A DNA stretch of 64,000 bases from Anaeromyxobacteraceae bacterium (GCA_047602405.1 JASGHJ010000002.1:2624001-2688000), one strand, 5' to 3'. Shown: positions 38,242 to 49,420, counted from the stretch's first letter. The notes: generated by a model not told the origin, from the sequence alone. A program made the numbers and translations.

Positions 38242-39540
38242 ATGCCCCGCCTCCCGACCTTCGAGCCCGATTGCACGATCCTCGTGGACGGAGAGCCCGT
38301 CCCGGCGCGCCGCGGCGAGCCGGTGACCGCCGCGCTCCTCGCCGCCGGCCGCCCGCTCCTCGCCCGGAGCGCGAAGTACCACCGGCCCCGCGGCCCCTAC
38401 TGCATGGCCGGCGGCTGCATGAGCTGCCTCGTCCGCGTGGACGGGCTGCCGAGCCAGCGCGCCTGCCGGACCCCGTGCCGCGACGGCCTCGTGGTCGAGA
38501 CGCAGAACGCGCTCCCCACGGCGCAGCACGACCTCCTCGGCGTCATCGACACCGTGTTCGCGGGGGGGCTCGACCACCACCACCTGATGACGTGGAACGG
38601 GCCGCTCAACCGCGCGACGGTCGCGTTCTCCCGGCACCTCGCCGGCCTCGGGAAGCTCCCGTCCCCGGCCGCGCTCGCGGCCGAGCGCGCACCCGGGCCC
38701 GTCGCCCAGGAGCCCTGGGACGCGCTCGTGGTCGGCGCCGGCCCCGCGGGGCTCGCGGCGGCCGAGGCGCTCGCGGGCGGGGGCCTGAAGGTGCTCGTCG
38801 CGGACGGCGCGCCGCGGATCGGCGGGCGGCTGCGCTGCCGGCTCCCCTTGCCCGGCGAGCCCGACCTCGCCTGGGCCGAGCGCGCCGCCGCGGCGGTGCG
38901 CGCGGCCGGCGGCGAGCTCGCCACCTCCACCACGGTGCTGGGCCTCTGGCGCGACGGCGGCACGGTCATCGCCGGCCTCGCGGTCGATGGCCCGCCCCGC
39001 GGGCTCCGGCTCGTCCGCCCCGCGCGCGTCGTGCTCGCGCCGGGCGGCCACGCGGTGACACCGGAGCTCGCGAACGGAGACCGCCCCGGCGTCCTCGCGG
39101 CCCGGGGGCTCTCCGCGGCGATCGCCGAGCACGGGGTGGTGCCGGGGACACGCGCCGCGGTGCTGGGCCAGGGCCCGGAGGCGAACGCGCACGCCGCGGT
39201 GCTCGCGGGGGCCGGGCTCGCCGTCGAGCGGCTCCCGGACTACGCCGGCGCCCGGGTCCTGGGCCGCGGCAGGGTGAAGGGGATCGCCACCGGCGCGCTC
39301 GCGCGGATCCGCTGCGACGTCGTGGCGATCGCGACGCCGCCCGCGCCGGCGACCGAGCTCGCCCGCTCCCTCGGGGCGCGGGTGCGCTTCGACGCGGCGC
39401 TCGGCGCGTTCGCGGTGGAGGCCGCCGCGGACGGCGCGACCGGGATCGCGGGCCTGTGGGTCGCCGGCGAGGCGACCGGGGAGATGGACGGGGCCGGCGC
39501 CGCCGGGGCGGGCCGGCGGGCGGGGGAGGCGGCGCGATGA
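38242..39540 (+). CDS. Sarcosine oxidase / proline dehydrogenase alpha-like subunit (2Fe-2S + dinucleotide-binding)
   Basis: RSAKYHRPRGPYCMAGGCMSC...RAC; VVGAGPAGLAAA; NGDRPGV. Confidence 0.88.
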   Translation: MPRLPTFEPDCTILVDGEPVPARRGEPVTAALLAAGRPLLARSAKYHRPRGPYCMAGGCMSCLVRVDGLPSQRACRTPCRDGLVVETQNALPTAQHDLLGVIDTVFAGGLDHHHLMTWNGPLNRATVAFSRHLAGLGKLPSPAALAAERAPGPVAQEPWDALVVGAGPAGLAAAEALAGGGLKVLVADGAPRIGGRLRCRLPLPGEPDLAWAERAAAAVRAAGGELATSTTVLGLWRDGGTVIAGLAVDGPPRGLRLVRPARVVLAPGGHAVTPELANGDRPGVLAARGLSAAIAEHGVVPGTRAAVLGQGPEANAHAAVLAGAGLAVERLPDYAGARVLGRGRVKGIATGALARIRCDVVAIATPPAPATELARSLGARVRFDAALGAFAVEAAADGATGIAGLWVAGEATGEMDGAGAAGAGRRAGEAAR

Positions 39541-41045
39541 CGAAGACCGTGCTGTGCGCCTGCGAGGACGTGACGGTCTCCGAGGTCCGCAAGGCCTTCG
39601 CGGCCGGCCACCGCGACCTCGAGTCGGTGAAGCGCTACACCGGGTTCGGCACCGGCTCGTGCCAGGGCCGAACCTGCACCGCCGCGGTGGTGCGCGAGCT
39701 GTTGCGCCTCGGCGCCACGCCCGCGGAGATCTCGCCGTTCACGGCGCGGCCGCCGCTCGTGCCGACCGCGCTGGGCGCGCTCGCCGCGCTCGACCCGGAC
39801 GGCCTCCTCCTCGACGAAGGGGTGCCCGTCAGTCCGCCCATCCCGAGCGTGGGCTCCGCGGGCCGGAGCCGAGGGACCGTCGAGCTCCCGCGCGCGGAGC
39901 CGCTCCCGGAGCGGGCCTCGGTCGTCGTCATCGGCGGCGGCATCCAGGGCCTCTCGCTCGCGCGCGAGCTGACCCGGCGCGGCCAGACCGACGTGCTCGT
40001 GCTCGAGAAGGCGTACCTCAACGCCGGCGCCTCCGGCCGCAACGGCGGCGGGGTGCGCGCCCAGTGGTCGACGCCCACGATGATCCGGCTCGCGCGCCGG
40101 TCCCTCGAGCTGTGCGACACGTTCGCGACCGACATGGGCGTGAACGTCTGGTTCCGCCCGACCGGCTACCTGTTCCTCGCGCCGACCCAGGAGCAGGTCG
40201 CGCGCATCGAGAAGAACGCCGAGCTCCACCGCGCCCACGGGATGCGCACGCGCATCCTGTCGCCGCGCGAGTCGCTCGACGTGGTCCCGGAGCTCGACGC
40301 GGGGCGCTTCCTCGCGGCGAGCCACAACCCGGACGACGCGGTCGTCTTCCCGTGGCCGTTCCTGTGGGGCTACGCCCGCTCGGCCGAGCAGCTCGGCGCG
40401 AAGGTGCGGACCTGGACCGAGGTCACCGGCTTCGAGACCTCCGGCAAGCGCATCACCCACGTCGTCACGAACCGCGGCCGGGTGGCGTGCGACACGGTCG
40501 TGCTCGCCGCGGGCGCGTGGTCGAAGGAAATCGCGGCGCTCGCCGGCGTGAAGCTCCCGAACCGCCCCACCCGCCACGAGATCCTCGTCACCGAGGCGCT
40601 CAAGCCCTGGCTCGACCCGCTGGTCTCGGTGCTCGGGAACGGGCTGTACCTCTCCCAGGACGGCCGCGGCGAGATCGTCGGCGGCATGGGCAATCCCCAC
40701 GAGCCGGAGGGGATCGTGATGGGCTCGACGCTCAACTTCCTCGCCCGCTTCGCCCGCGCGTCGACCGACATCCTGCCCGTGCTCGCGGGGCTGAAGGTCC
40801 TGCGCCAGTGGGCGGGCTGCTACGACGTGACCCCGGACAACAACCCCGTCCTCGGCCCCGCGGGCTACGAGAACTTCCACCAGTGCTCGGGCTTCGTCGG
40901 CCACGGCTTCATGATGGCCCCCGCCGTGGCGGAGCTCTACGCCGACTGGCTCGCCGGCAAGGGCAAGGACGAGATCTTCGAGCGCTTCGACGTCGAGCGC
41001 TTCCAGAAGGGCCCGGTGCAGAAGGAGGACTTCATCATCGGGTGA
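39537..41045 (+). CDS. DAO/SoxB-like FAD oxidoreductase with N-terminal BFD-like (2Fe-2S) domain
   Basis: CACEDV...KRYTGFGTGSCQGRTC...RPP; IGGGIQG, GASGRNGG, GFVGHGFMMAP. Confidence 0.9.
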   Translation: MTKTVLCACEDVTVSEVRKAFAAGHRDLESVKRYTGFGTGSCQGRTCTAAVVRELLRLGATPAEISPFTARPPLVPTALGALAALDPDGLLLDEGVPVSPPIPSVGSAGRSRGTVELPRAEPLPERASVVVIGGGIQGLSLARELTRRGQTDVLVLEKAYLNAGASGRNGGGVRAQWSTPTMIRLARRSLELCDTFATDMGVNVWFRPTGYLFLAPTQEQVARIEKNAELHRAHGMRTRILSPRESLDVVPELDAGRFLAASHNPDDAVVFPWPFLWGYARSAEQLGAKVRTWTEVTGFETSGKRITHVVTNRGRVACDTVVLAAGAWSKEIAALAGVKLPNRPTRHEILVTEALKPWLDPLVSVLGNGLYLSQDGRGEIVGGMGNPHEPEGIVMGSTLNFLARFARASTDILPVLAGLKVLRQWAGCYDVTPDNNPVLGPAGYENFHQCSGFVGHGFMMAPAVAELYADWLAGKGKDEIFERFDVERFQKGPVQKEDFIIG

Positions 41046-41665
41046 GGCCTCCACCCGGCCCGAGGTACGGCGCCGGGTCGACCCCAATCCGCGCGCAGAG
41101 CTCGCGGAACGCGTCGTCACGGCCCGGCTCGCCCTCGGCGAACCGCAAGAAGAACGGGCGCTCGTCCCAGTCGAACGGCTCCGCCGCCTTCCCGTGCACG
41201 AAGAGGAGCAGGGCGGCGAAGTGCACGGCCCGGTCGCCGGGCCCGCGCGCCGCGCCCCGAAGCAAGGCCTCGACCACCTCCGGCGGGTGGTGCTCCGCCG
41301 CGAGGTCGATGGCCTCGGACAGGCCGTCGCCGAACCGCCCGTGCTCGAGGGCGTGCACGAGCGCGGCGGTCCGCTCGCCCGCGTCGACCGCGTCCGGCGC
41401 GTACCGCGCCACGGCGGCCCGCACCTGTGGGCTCCCCTCCCCCGCCGCCCTGCGCAGCGCCTCGAGCGCGCGGGGCGTGCCCAGGGCGGCGAGCGCCTCC
41501 ACCTCCCGCCAGCCCTCGAATCCCGCGCGAGAGCAGGATCCCCTCGATGTCGGCGCGCTCCTCCGGCGAAGCCTCGCCGAGCGCCGCGAGGTCGAAGCCG
41601 ACCCCGTCGTGCCACTTCTCGTGGTCGAGGACGAGGCTCGCCCGGAAGCGCTCGAACGCGGTCAC
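41035..41665 (-). CDS. Hypothetical HEAT-like helical protein (frameshift near 41520)
   Basis: Frames join as ...LLSRGIEGWREVEALAAL; GTG overlaps the upstream stop. Confidence 0.65.
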
Positions 41666-42718
41666 CGGGCGTGCGCCGCGAGCCAGCGGTCGAGGGTGTC
41701 GGCCGCGCGCATCCGCACCGGCTGGGCGGGGCGCGGCGCGTCCATCGCGGCGCGGAGCTCGCGCAGGGCCGGCGCGAAGTCCACGCCGCGCCCGGAGAGC
41801 CGCTCGGCCGCCGAGACGGCGAGGCGCGTGTCCCCGTCGAGCTCGTCGCCCCGGAGGAAGTGGGCCCCCTCCCGCTCGCGCCGCGCGGAGGCCGCGAGCA
41901 CGAGGATGGCGTCGCGCGCCGCCGGGGCCACCGCGGCAGGGTCGGCCACCTCGACCGCGTCGATCCAGACGAGCCCCTTCTCGGCGAGCCCACCCCGGAG
42001 CACCTCGAGCAGCGCGGCGTCGAAGCGCGGGTGGCGCCGGGCGCGGGCGATCGCCTCCTCCCGGATTCTCCGGCCGCTCGAACCGGTTCGCGAACCCGAG
42101 GAGCTCCGCGAAGCCGGCCTCGGGCTCGAGCGTCCGGACCCGCGCGAGGAGCTCCCGGTCGCGCTCCGAGTCGCGCTCGGTCAGCTCCGCGGCCCGCGCG
42201 GCCTCCCGCGCCGCGGCGGACTGCGCCGCCTCGACGAGGAGCCCCGCGCCCGCGAGGAGCCCGGTGAGCGCGGCCAGGGCGAACGGCGCGCGCACGGCCA
42301 CCGGCGGCACCGCGGAGGCGAGCCCGGGGTGGAGCGACAGCGCCGCGAAGGCGAGCGCGGCCGCCGGCAACGCGACCGCGCCCCAGCCCGAGAGCGGACG
42401 GGTCGCCCAGGGCAGCTGCGAGGCCGGCTCCCACCGCCCGACGATGGCGAGCACGGTCACCGCCGCGAGCGCCACGCAGCCGAGCACGAGGAGCGCGTGC
42501 TGCGCCCCGCGGCTCTTGACCACCCAGTCGAGCGCGCCGCGCGAGGTCGCGACCGCGAGCGCCGCCCAGAGGAGGCCCCAGAGCGGCAGCGCCGCGAAGA
42601 CCGCGCCCCACACGAGCCCGCCGTCGTTCGCCCGCGGCGCCTCGCGGAGGAGGAGCGGGACCGGCACCGCCCAGAGGAGGAGCGCGAGCCCCAGGCAGAC
42701 GTCCGCGAGGACCGTCAC
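41662..42718 (-). CDS. Hypothetical membrane protein (frameshift near 42066)
   Basis: About 5 TM helices, then a helical domain; frames join as ERPEIREEAIAR. Confidence 0.65.
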
Positions 42719-44029
42719 GCGCCGGCGCTCCAGCCCCGCTCGACGAGCGAGCGGATGATGAGCTTCCCGCGGTGGCCCCAGACCGGGTGCGGCTCCCGCG
42801 AGCGCGCCTCGGCGAGGTCGAGCGCGATCCGGTGGGGCGTGCGCCCGGTCCGCCTCGCCTCCTCGAGCACCGTGAGCGAGAGCCGGTAGACGCCGTTCTC
42901 CCAGTCGTCGCCGAGGTGGCGCGCGATCGACGGGTCGCGGCCGACGTAGCCGTACTGCTCGTCGGCGCACGTCACGATGCCCATCCGGTTCACGAGGAAG
43001 TCGGGCAGGTAGGTGATCCCGCGCGCCGCGAGCGCGGCGTCGTCGCGGGCGGGATCCTCGAGCTGGTTGTTCGCGGCCCCGCAGACGACGGGCGCGCGGA
43101 TGGCCGGGATGGTGGCCGGGCCGAGCACGGCGCCGGTGGCGCACGGGGACAGCACGTCGGCGGCCTCGGCGACGATCGAGGTGTCGCCGCGCGCGACGGT
43201 GCGCACGGTGAGCCGGAGCCCCGGGAACCGGGCGCGCAGCTCCGCCTCGCGCCCGGGATCGACGTCGGTGCCCACCACCGCCGCGACGCCGCGCTCGGCG
43301 AGGTAGCCCACGAGCGGCGTGCCGACGTGGCCGAGGCCCATCACCGCCACCGTCTTCCCCGCGAGCGTGCCCATGCCGCGGTGGCGCAGCGCCGCCTCCA
43401 TGCCGCGCACGACCCCGAGCGCGGTCGGCACCGAGGGGTTGCCCGACCCGCCCAGCTCCGGCGGGATGCAGGTCGTGAAGCGGGTCCGCGAGAACACCGC
43501 CGCCATGTCCTCGACCGAGGTGCCCACGTCCTCCGCGGTGACGTAGCAGCCGCCCAGGCTCGACACGAAGGCGCCGTACTCCTCGTAGACGCGGCGGCGG
43601 AAGGCGGGCGTGCCGTCGTCCTCGCCGGTGCCGCGGGCCATCACGCCTTTCCCGCCGCCCCACCAGAATCCCGGCGAGCGCGTTCTTGTGGGTCATGCCG
43701 CGCGACAGGCGCAGCCCGTCCCGCAGGAACTCCCGCACGGTGTCGTACCGCCAGAACCGCACGCCGCCCGCGGCCTGGCCCCGGCAGGTGCGGTGGACGA
43801 CCGCCGACTGGAGCACGCCCGTCCCCGGCGCGAGGGACACGAAGAGGCCCTCGTGCCGGTCGAAGTCGCGGCGGTCGGCCTCGAGCTCCCGCGCGACCGG
43901 CTCGAGGGCGGGGTGAGAGGCCGCGAGCCGCTGGGACGCATCGTCCCACGTCAGCGCGAAGCGGGAGAGGCCCAGCGCGCGAAGTCCCGCCGCGAACGCC
44001 TCGGGTGTCTGGCCAGGGTCGATCGACAC
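42715..44029 (-). CDS. Glu/Leu/Phe/Val dehydrogenase family protein (frameshift near 43668)
   Basis: GGVRF, LSRGMTHKNALAG-IWWGGGKG, TAEDVGT, GGSGNPS, GLGHVG, GAANNQL; GGAGG RBS. Confidence 0.9.
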
Positions 44030-44186
44030 GGGTTCCTCCGGAGGTGGGCGCCCCGTCTGTGTGCGCCGGGAACACCCGAAAGACAAGCCCGGTTCGCGGG
44101 CCCGGCCCCGTGAACTCGAAGCCGACCGCGCGTATAGGTTACCGTGCTCCCTGGAGGTTGCGTCCGCCTTGCGCTCGAGAACCCGA

Positions 44187-46347
44187 ATGTCCCGCTCGCG
44201 CCTCGCCCTCGTCGCGCTCACCACTGCGCTCCTCGCGTGCAAGGCGCCGACGTACGCGCCCGACGGAGGCGGCGGGGGCGGAGGAGGAGGCGGCGGGGGC
44301 GGTGGCGGGATCACCGTCACCGTGTCTCCGGCGCAGACCAGCATCGCGGTGAACCAGACCGCGCAGTTCAACGCCGCGGTGACCGGGACCAACGACACCG
44401 ACGTGACCTGGTCGGTGACCGGCGGCGGCACGATCTCGGCGAGCGGCCTCTTCACGGCCTCGTCGAACACCGGACTCTCGACCGTCACCGCCACGCTCGT
44501 CTCGGACGGCACGAAGGCGGGCACCGGGAAGGTGAACGTCACCGCCGTGTCGGGCGGCGGCGGCGGCCCCGCCTACGTCCTCGCCGCGGACCGGGCCACG
44601 CAGTGGAAGCCGGGCGTGAGCCTCAACGGCGGCATCCCGAACCGCACCGCGGTCTGCGCGACGCTCAGCGCGGCGACGTACGGCAACGGCACCTCCGAGG
44701 CCTCCGCCGCGATCCAGGCGGCCCTCGACGCCTGCGCGCCGGGCGCGGTGGTCCAGCTCTCGGCCGGCACCTTCCGGGTCAACGACTTCGTCCTCATCTC
44801 GAAGAACGTCACGCTGCGCGGCGCCGGCGCGGGCCAGACGATCCTCGTGAAGACGAACGGCTCCAAGCCCGACATCGACGGCGTCCCCGACGCGCAGCCG
44901 ATCGTGATCATCGGCCCGCAGCGCTGGCCGTCCACGTCCGGGGGCACCTCGGTGAACCTCACCGCCGACGGCGCGAAGGGCGCGACGTCGGTGACCGTCT
45001 CGAGCACCGCGGGCTTCGCGACCGGGCAGATCGTGCTCGTCGACGAGCTCTCGGACTCGCACTGGCGCGACTCGCCCCTCGGGCGCGGGCAGATCTGGGG
45101 CTCGCCCGACGGGCGGGTGACCTGGACGCTGCACAACCCGCCCCAGGACGTGCTCGACGATCCGCTCACGGCGACCGTCCCGACCGGCGGCGACGCCGCG
45201 TCCTGGTTCTCGCGGCAGGACCGGGTGACGAACGAGCTGAAGGAGAATCGCGAGCGTCTCGGGCAGCACCCTCACCTTCACGACCCCGCTCCACATCGAC
45301 TACCGGGCCGACGCGGCCCACAAGGCGCAGGTGACCCGCTACCCGGCGGACTCCACCCACGTGCGCGGCGCGAGCGTGGAGGGGTTCACGGCGATCGGCG
45401 GCGGGGACGGCGCGATCCGCTTCGAGGCCGCGTACCGCTGCTGGGCGAAGAACATCGAGGTGACCCAGTGGACCGGCGAGGGGTTCGCGATGAACCACTC
45501 GTTCCAGTCGGAGATCCGCGACTCGTACGTGCACGACGCCTCGTTCGCGGCGCCGGGCGGCGGCGCCTACGCGATCTCGTTCGCGAACGCCTCCTCCGAG
45601 ATCCTCGTCGAGAACAACGTCTCGCGGAAGACCAACAAGGTGATGGTCGCGCGGGCGAGCGGGGCGGGCTCGGTGTTCGGCTACAACTACGTGGATCACG
45701 GCTACATCCGCTACGCCGAGAACTGGGTCGAGGTGCACCTCAACGCCTCGCACATGGTCGGGCCCCACCACGTCCTCTTCGAGGGCAACTACGGGCCGAA
45801 CTTCGACAGCGACACGACCCACGGCTCGTCGGTCTACATGACCGTGTTCCGCAACTGGCTGCGCGGCACGCGCTCGACGTTCACGAACCCGGACACCGGC
45901 CACACCATCACCGACCTCGGGGGCGACCAGGCCGGCCCCCGGCGCTGCGCCGGGGCGCAGGCCTACTCGTACTGGATGAGCTACGTCGGCAACGTGCTCG
46001 GCGCGGCGGGGGAGATGTCCGGCTGGGTCTACGAGGGGCGCGGCACCGACGCGGGCTCCACGCCCTCGATCTTCCTGCTCGGCTGGGACGACAAGAACCC
46101 GTACCACGAGGACACGAAGGTCTTCGACACGGCCATCCGGGACGGCAACTGGGACTGGCTGCGCTCGACCCAGGCCTGGCACACCGCGGGCTCGAGCCGC
46201 ACGCTGCCGAACAGCCTCTACCGCACGTCGAAGCCGGACTTCTTCGGCGCGAACCCGTGGCCCTGGGTGGACCCGACCACCGGCACGACCTACACGCTCC
46301 CGGCGAAGGCCCGCTACGACGCGGGCACGCCGAACGTGGTGCCCTGA
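44187..46347 (+). CDS. Secreted lipoprotein with Ig-like and pectin-lyase-like beta-helix domains (frameshift near 45247)
   Basis: Lipobox LLAC, poly-Gly, VTVSP...VTWSV Ig domain, AIQAALD...LSAGTF...TLRGAG; frames join as LKEIASVSGSTLTF. Confidence 0.8.
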
Positions 46348-46354
46348 GCCCGGG

Positions 46355-46915
46355 TCACCCCAGCAGCCCGGCCGCCCGGGCGGCCCGCGCGAGCCGCGCC
46401 TTCGCGCGCTCGTAGCGCTTGCGGACGGTCGCCTCCTCCAGCGGGGCCTCGCCCTCGCCGAGCGTGCCCGCGATCTCCCCGAAGGAGAGGCCGTGATCGA
46501 CGCGCAGCACGAGGAGGTGCTGGTCCTCGAGCGACAGCGCGGCGCGGAGCTGCTCGAGCGCGTCGAGGCGGCGCTCCCTCGAGACCGAGGCGGTCCGGCG
46601 GACCTCCGCGGCGATGCGGTGGGCGTCGGTCGACGGGAGCGCGCGCTTCCTCCGGCGCCAGGCCTCGTCGCGCAGGCGCATGGCCTCGCGGAACGCGATC
46701 CGGAAGAGCCACACCTCGAAGCCGCCCGGGCCGCGGAAGGTGCCGATGCGCCTCCAGACCTGCTCGGCGAACATCGAGAAGGCGTCGTCCGCGTCGTCGG
46801 GGTCGCGGAGCAGCCCGAGGAGGTAGCGCAGCACCGCCGGGCCGTGGTCGCGCAGCGCGAGCTCGGCGGCGCCCGCCTCGTCGCCGGAGGCCAGGGTGGC
46901 GAGCACGCGGCTCAC
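46355..46915 (-). CDS. ECF RNA polymerase sigma factor
   Basis: HGPAVLRYL...DADDAF...WLFRIA (region 2); LRVDHGLSFGEIA...TVRKRYERA (region 4); GTG overlaps the kinase stop. Confidence 0.85.
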   Translation of the reverse strand: MSRVLATLASGDEAGAAELALRDHGPAVLRYLLGLLRDPDDADDAFSMFAEQVWRRIGTFRGPGGFEVWLFRIAFREAMRLRDEAWRRRKRALPSTDAHRIAAEVRRTASVSRERRLDALEQLRAALSLEDQHLLVLRVDHGLSFGEIAGTLGEGEAPLEEATVRKRYERAKARLARAARAAGLLG

Positions 46916-49230
46916 TCCGGAATCCCGGCGCGGCGCAGGAGCGCGAGGGCCCGCGGGTCGGCCCGCAGCCGCCGGAGCAGCGGGTCCCAGCGCGCCTCGA
47001 CCTTGCCGTAGGCGTCCGCGCCGAGGCCCCGCTCGAGCGCGGCGAGCGCCCGGTCCGTGTCGCCCCACCAGGCGTAGATGGTGGCCTGCCCGTAGTGCGT
47101 GTCGGCGCCGAACTGCAGGATCATCTCGTCGAGCGCGGCCTGCGCCTCGGCCTGCCGCCCGAGGTCGTGGTACGCGAGCGCCCGCCCGCGGAGGAGCGCG
47201 GACCGGGAGACCCCCTCGCGCCCGAAGTGCTCGAGCGCGTCGAGCGGCCTCCCCTCCTCGAGGTCGAGGTAGCCGAGGAGCGAGTTCGCCCAGGTGCGCG
47301 GCGAGAGCGCGACCGCGCGCTCGACGGCCGCGCGCGCCTCCGCCAGCCGGCCCGCGCCCCAGTACGCGCGCCCGAGCCAGGTCCAGTGGACGGTGGTCAA
47401 GGGATCGAGGTCGGCCGCCCGGCGCATGAGCGCGATGGCCTCGTCGAAGCGCGCGCCGTCCTGGAGCGCGAAGGCACCGGCCCGCCGCAGCACCTCGGGG
47501 TTCCCCGCCTCGAGCGCGAGCGCCCGCCGGAAGTCCTCGCGCGCGCCCTCCCAGTCGAGGCCGCAGTTCACCCGGAGCCACCCGCGCACGGCGCGGGCCT
47601 CGCCGAGCGCGGGCGCGAGCGCCACGGCGCGGTCCGCGGCGGAGAGCCCCCGCGCGCACCGCTCCGGGAACGGGATGGTCTCGGTCGGGATCTGCGAGAA
47701 CTCGAGGCCGGCGCGGAGCGCCCAGGCCTCGGCGAACCCCGGGTCGAGCTCGGTGGCCCGGCGGATCCCGGCGAGCAGCGCGGGCCAGTCGTCGCCGTCG
47801 CCGTAGACGACGGTCCGGACCCGCAGGTACGTCTCGTACGCCTCCGGCGCGGGCGTCCGCGCGCCCGCGGCGGGCGCGGCCGCCGCCTCGCCGTCGAGCC
47901 CCAGCGCCTCCACGATGGCCGCCGCGACCCGCCGCTGCAGCTCGAAGGCGCCCCCCGCGGCCCTGGCGGTGAGCGTGCGCGACCAGAGCGCCTTCCCGTC
48001 GGAGGCCCGCACGAGGCGCGCCTCCACCTCGAGATCGTCGCCCGCGCGGCGGAGCGCGCCCTCGACGAGCGCTCCGACCCCGAGCCGCGCCCCGGCCTCC
48101 GCGGGCGAGAGCCCGCGCGCGCGGCGAGAGGAGGCGAACCCCGTGACGCGGAGCCCGGCGCGGCGCGCGAGCCCCTCCTGCACCTCGGCCGCGAGGCCGT
48201 CGGCGAGGTGGCCCTGGTCGTGCGCCGGCGAGGCGTCCTCGAACGGCAGCACCGCCACCGCGAGGCCCGGGAGCTCCACGCGGGCCGGGCGGGTGAGCCA
48301 GAGCCAGCCGCCCGCCATCGCCGCGACGGCGAGCGCGGCGGCGCCGGTCGCGAGCCAGGTGGCCCGCCGCGCCGCCTCCCGCTCCGGCGACGCCTGCGCG
48401 AGCGCCGCGAGGACGTCGCCCGCGTCGCGGTACCGGTCGGCGGGCGCCTCCGCCTGCATGCGCGCGAGGACCTCCCCGAGCCGGCCCGGGGGCGCCTTCC
48501 ACCTCCGGTCGCCCGCCAGCGTGGCCCCGAGCATCGTCCCGAGGAGCGCCCCGAGCGCCCACACGTCGGTGCGCGCGTCCTCCTCGCCGCCCGCGCGCTG
48601 CTCGGGCGCCATGAACCCCGGGGTGCCGCCGTCGACCCGCTCGCGGCCGAAGGCCTGCGCCATCCCGAGGTCGAGGATCTTCACGCGCCCATCGTCGCAG
48701 ACGAACACGTTGCCGGGCGCGAGGTCGCGGTGCACGACGCCCGCCGCGTGCGCGTGGGCGAGGCCGCGCGCGACCTCGGTCGCGATCCGGAGCGCCTCCC
48801 CGCGGGGCAGCGGGCCACGCGCCGCGCGGGCGCCGACCGTCTCGCCGCGGAGGAGCTCGAGCACGAGGTAGGGCCCGTGCTCGCTCCGCCCGAGATCGAA
48901 GAGCGTGACGATGTTCGGGTGCGAGAGCCGGGCCGCCGCCTCCGCCTCGAGGAGGAGCCGCGCCTCGCGCGCCGGGTTGCGCCGGCCGGGGCGCACGAGC
49001 TTGAACGCGACCGTGCGGCCGAGCTCGACGTCGAGCGCCTCGTACACGACGCCGAACCCGCCGCGCCCGAGGACCTCGCGGAGCTCGAAGCGGCCGACGC
49101 GGGTGCCGGGGGCGAGCGCGGGCTCGTCGGCGCCGGGGCCGGGCGCGGGCGAGCGGAACAGCTCCTCCAGCAGCGCCGACATCGCGCCGGGCTGGACGCT
49201 GACCTGCTCGACCGATCCCTCGTAGGACAT
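46912..49230 (-). CDS. Ser/Thr kinase-TM-TolB-like-TPR protein
   Basis: LGRGGFGVVY, VAFK, HRDLAPGN, DLG, GTPGFMAPE; AVLPFED...LADGLA TolB-N-like domain; TPRs. Confidence 0.9.
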   Translation of the reverse strand: MSYEGSVEQVSVQPGAMSALLEELFRSPAPGPGADEPALAPGTRVGRFELREVLGRGGFGVVYEALDVELGRTVAFKLVRPGRRNPAREARLLLEAEAAARLSHPNIVTLFDLGRSEHGPYLVLELLRGETVGARAARGPLPRGEALRIATEVARGLAHAHAAGVVHRDLAPGNVFVCDDGRVKILDLGMAQAFGRERVDGGTPGFMAPEQRAGGEEDARTDVWALGALLGTMLGATLAGDRRWKAPPGRLGEVLARMQAEAPADRYRDAGDVLAALAQASPEREAARRATWLATGAAALAVAAMAGGWLWLTRPARVELPGLAVAVLPFEDASPAHDQGHLADGLAAEVQEGLARRAGLRVTGFASSRRARGLSPAEAGARLGVGALVEGALRRAGDDLEVEARLVRASDGKALWSRTLTARAAGGAFELQRRVAAAIVEALGLDGEAAAAPAAGARTPAPEAYETYLRVRTVVYGDGDDWPALLAGIRRATELDPGFAEAWALRAGLEFSQIPTETIPFPERCARGLSAADRAVALAPALGEARAVRGWLRVNCGLDWEGAREDFRRALALEAGNPEVLRRAGAFALQDGARFDEAIALMRRAADLDPLTTVHWTWLGRAYWGAGRLAEARAAVERAVALSPRTWANSLLGYLDLEEGRPLDALEHFGREGVSRSALLRGRALAYHDLGRQAEAQAALDEMILQFGADTHYGQATIYAWWGDTDRALAALERGLGADAYGKVEARWDPLLRRLRADPRALALLRRAGIPE

Positions 49231-49420
49231 CGACCGCTCCCCCTCCTGCCTGCTCGTCGATCTCATGCACGGCCGGGAGGCCGTGCGCCACCCGGGAGGC
49301 ACCGGACACGCCGGTGTCGCGCCGCGTCAGCGGCGGCGCGAGCGCCCGGCCCCCGGCCAGCTTAGGACCCGGGGGTGCTCGCGACGGCGCCCCCCGCCGT
49401 GAGCCGAGGGGAGCCTCCAC

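Noticed and set aside
44262..44310. GGC/GGA run as a possible contingency repeat
   Set aside because: Mixed Gly codons encoding an ordinary poly-Gly linker after a lipobox.
17550..45249. Programmed frameshifting or true pseudogenes
   Set aside because: No slippery heptamers, the affected genes are unrelated and include essential lptF, and the shared GATC context favours sequencing artefact.
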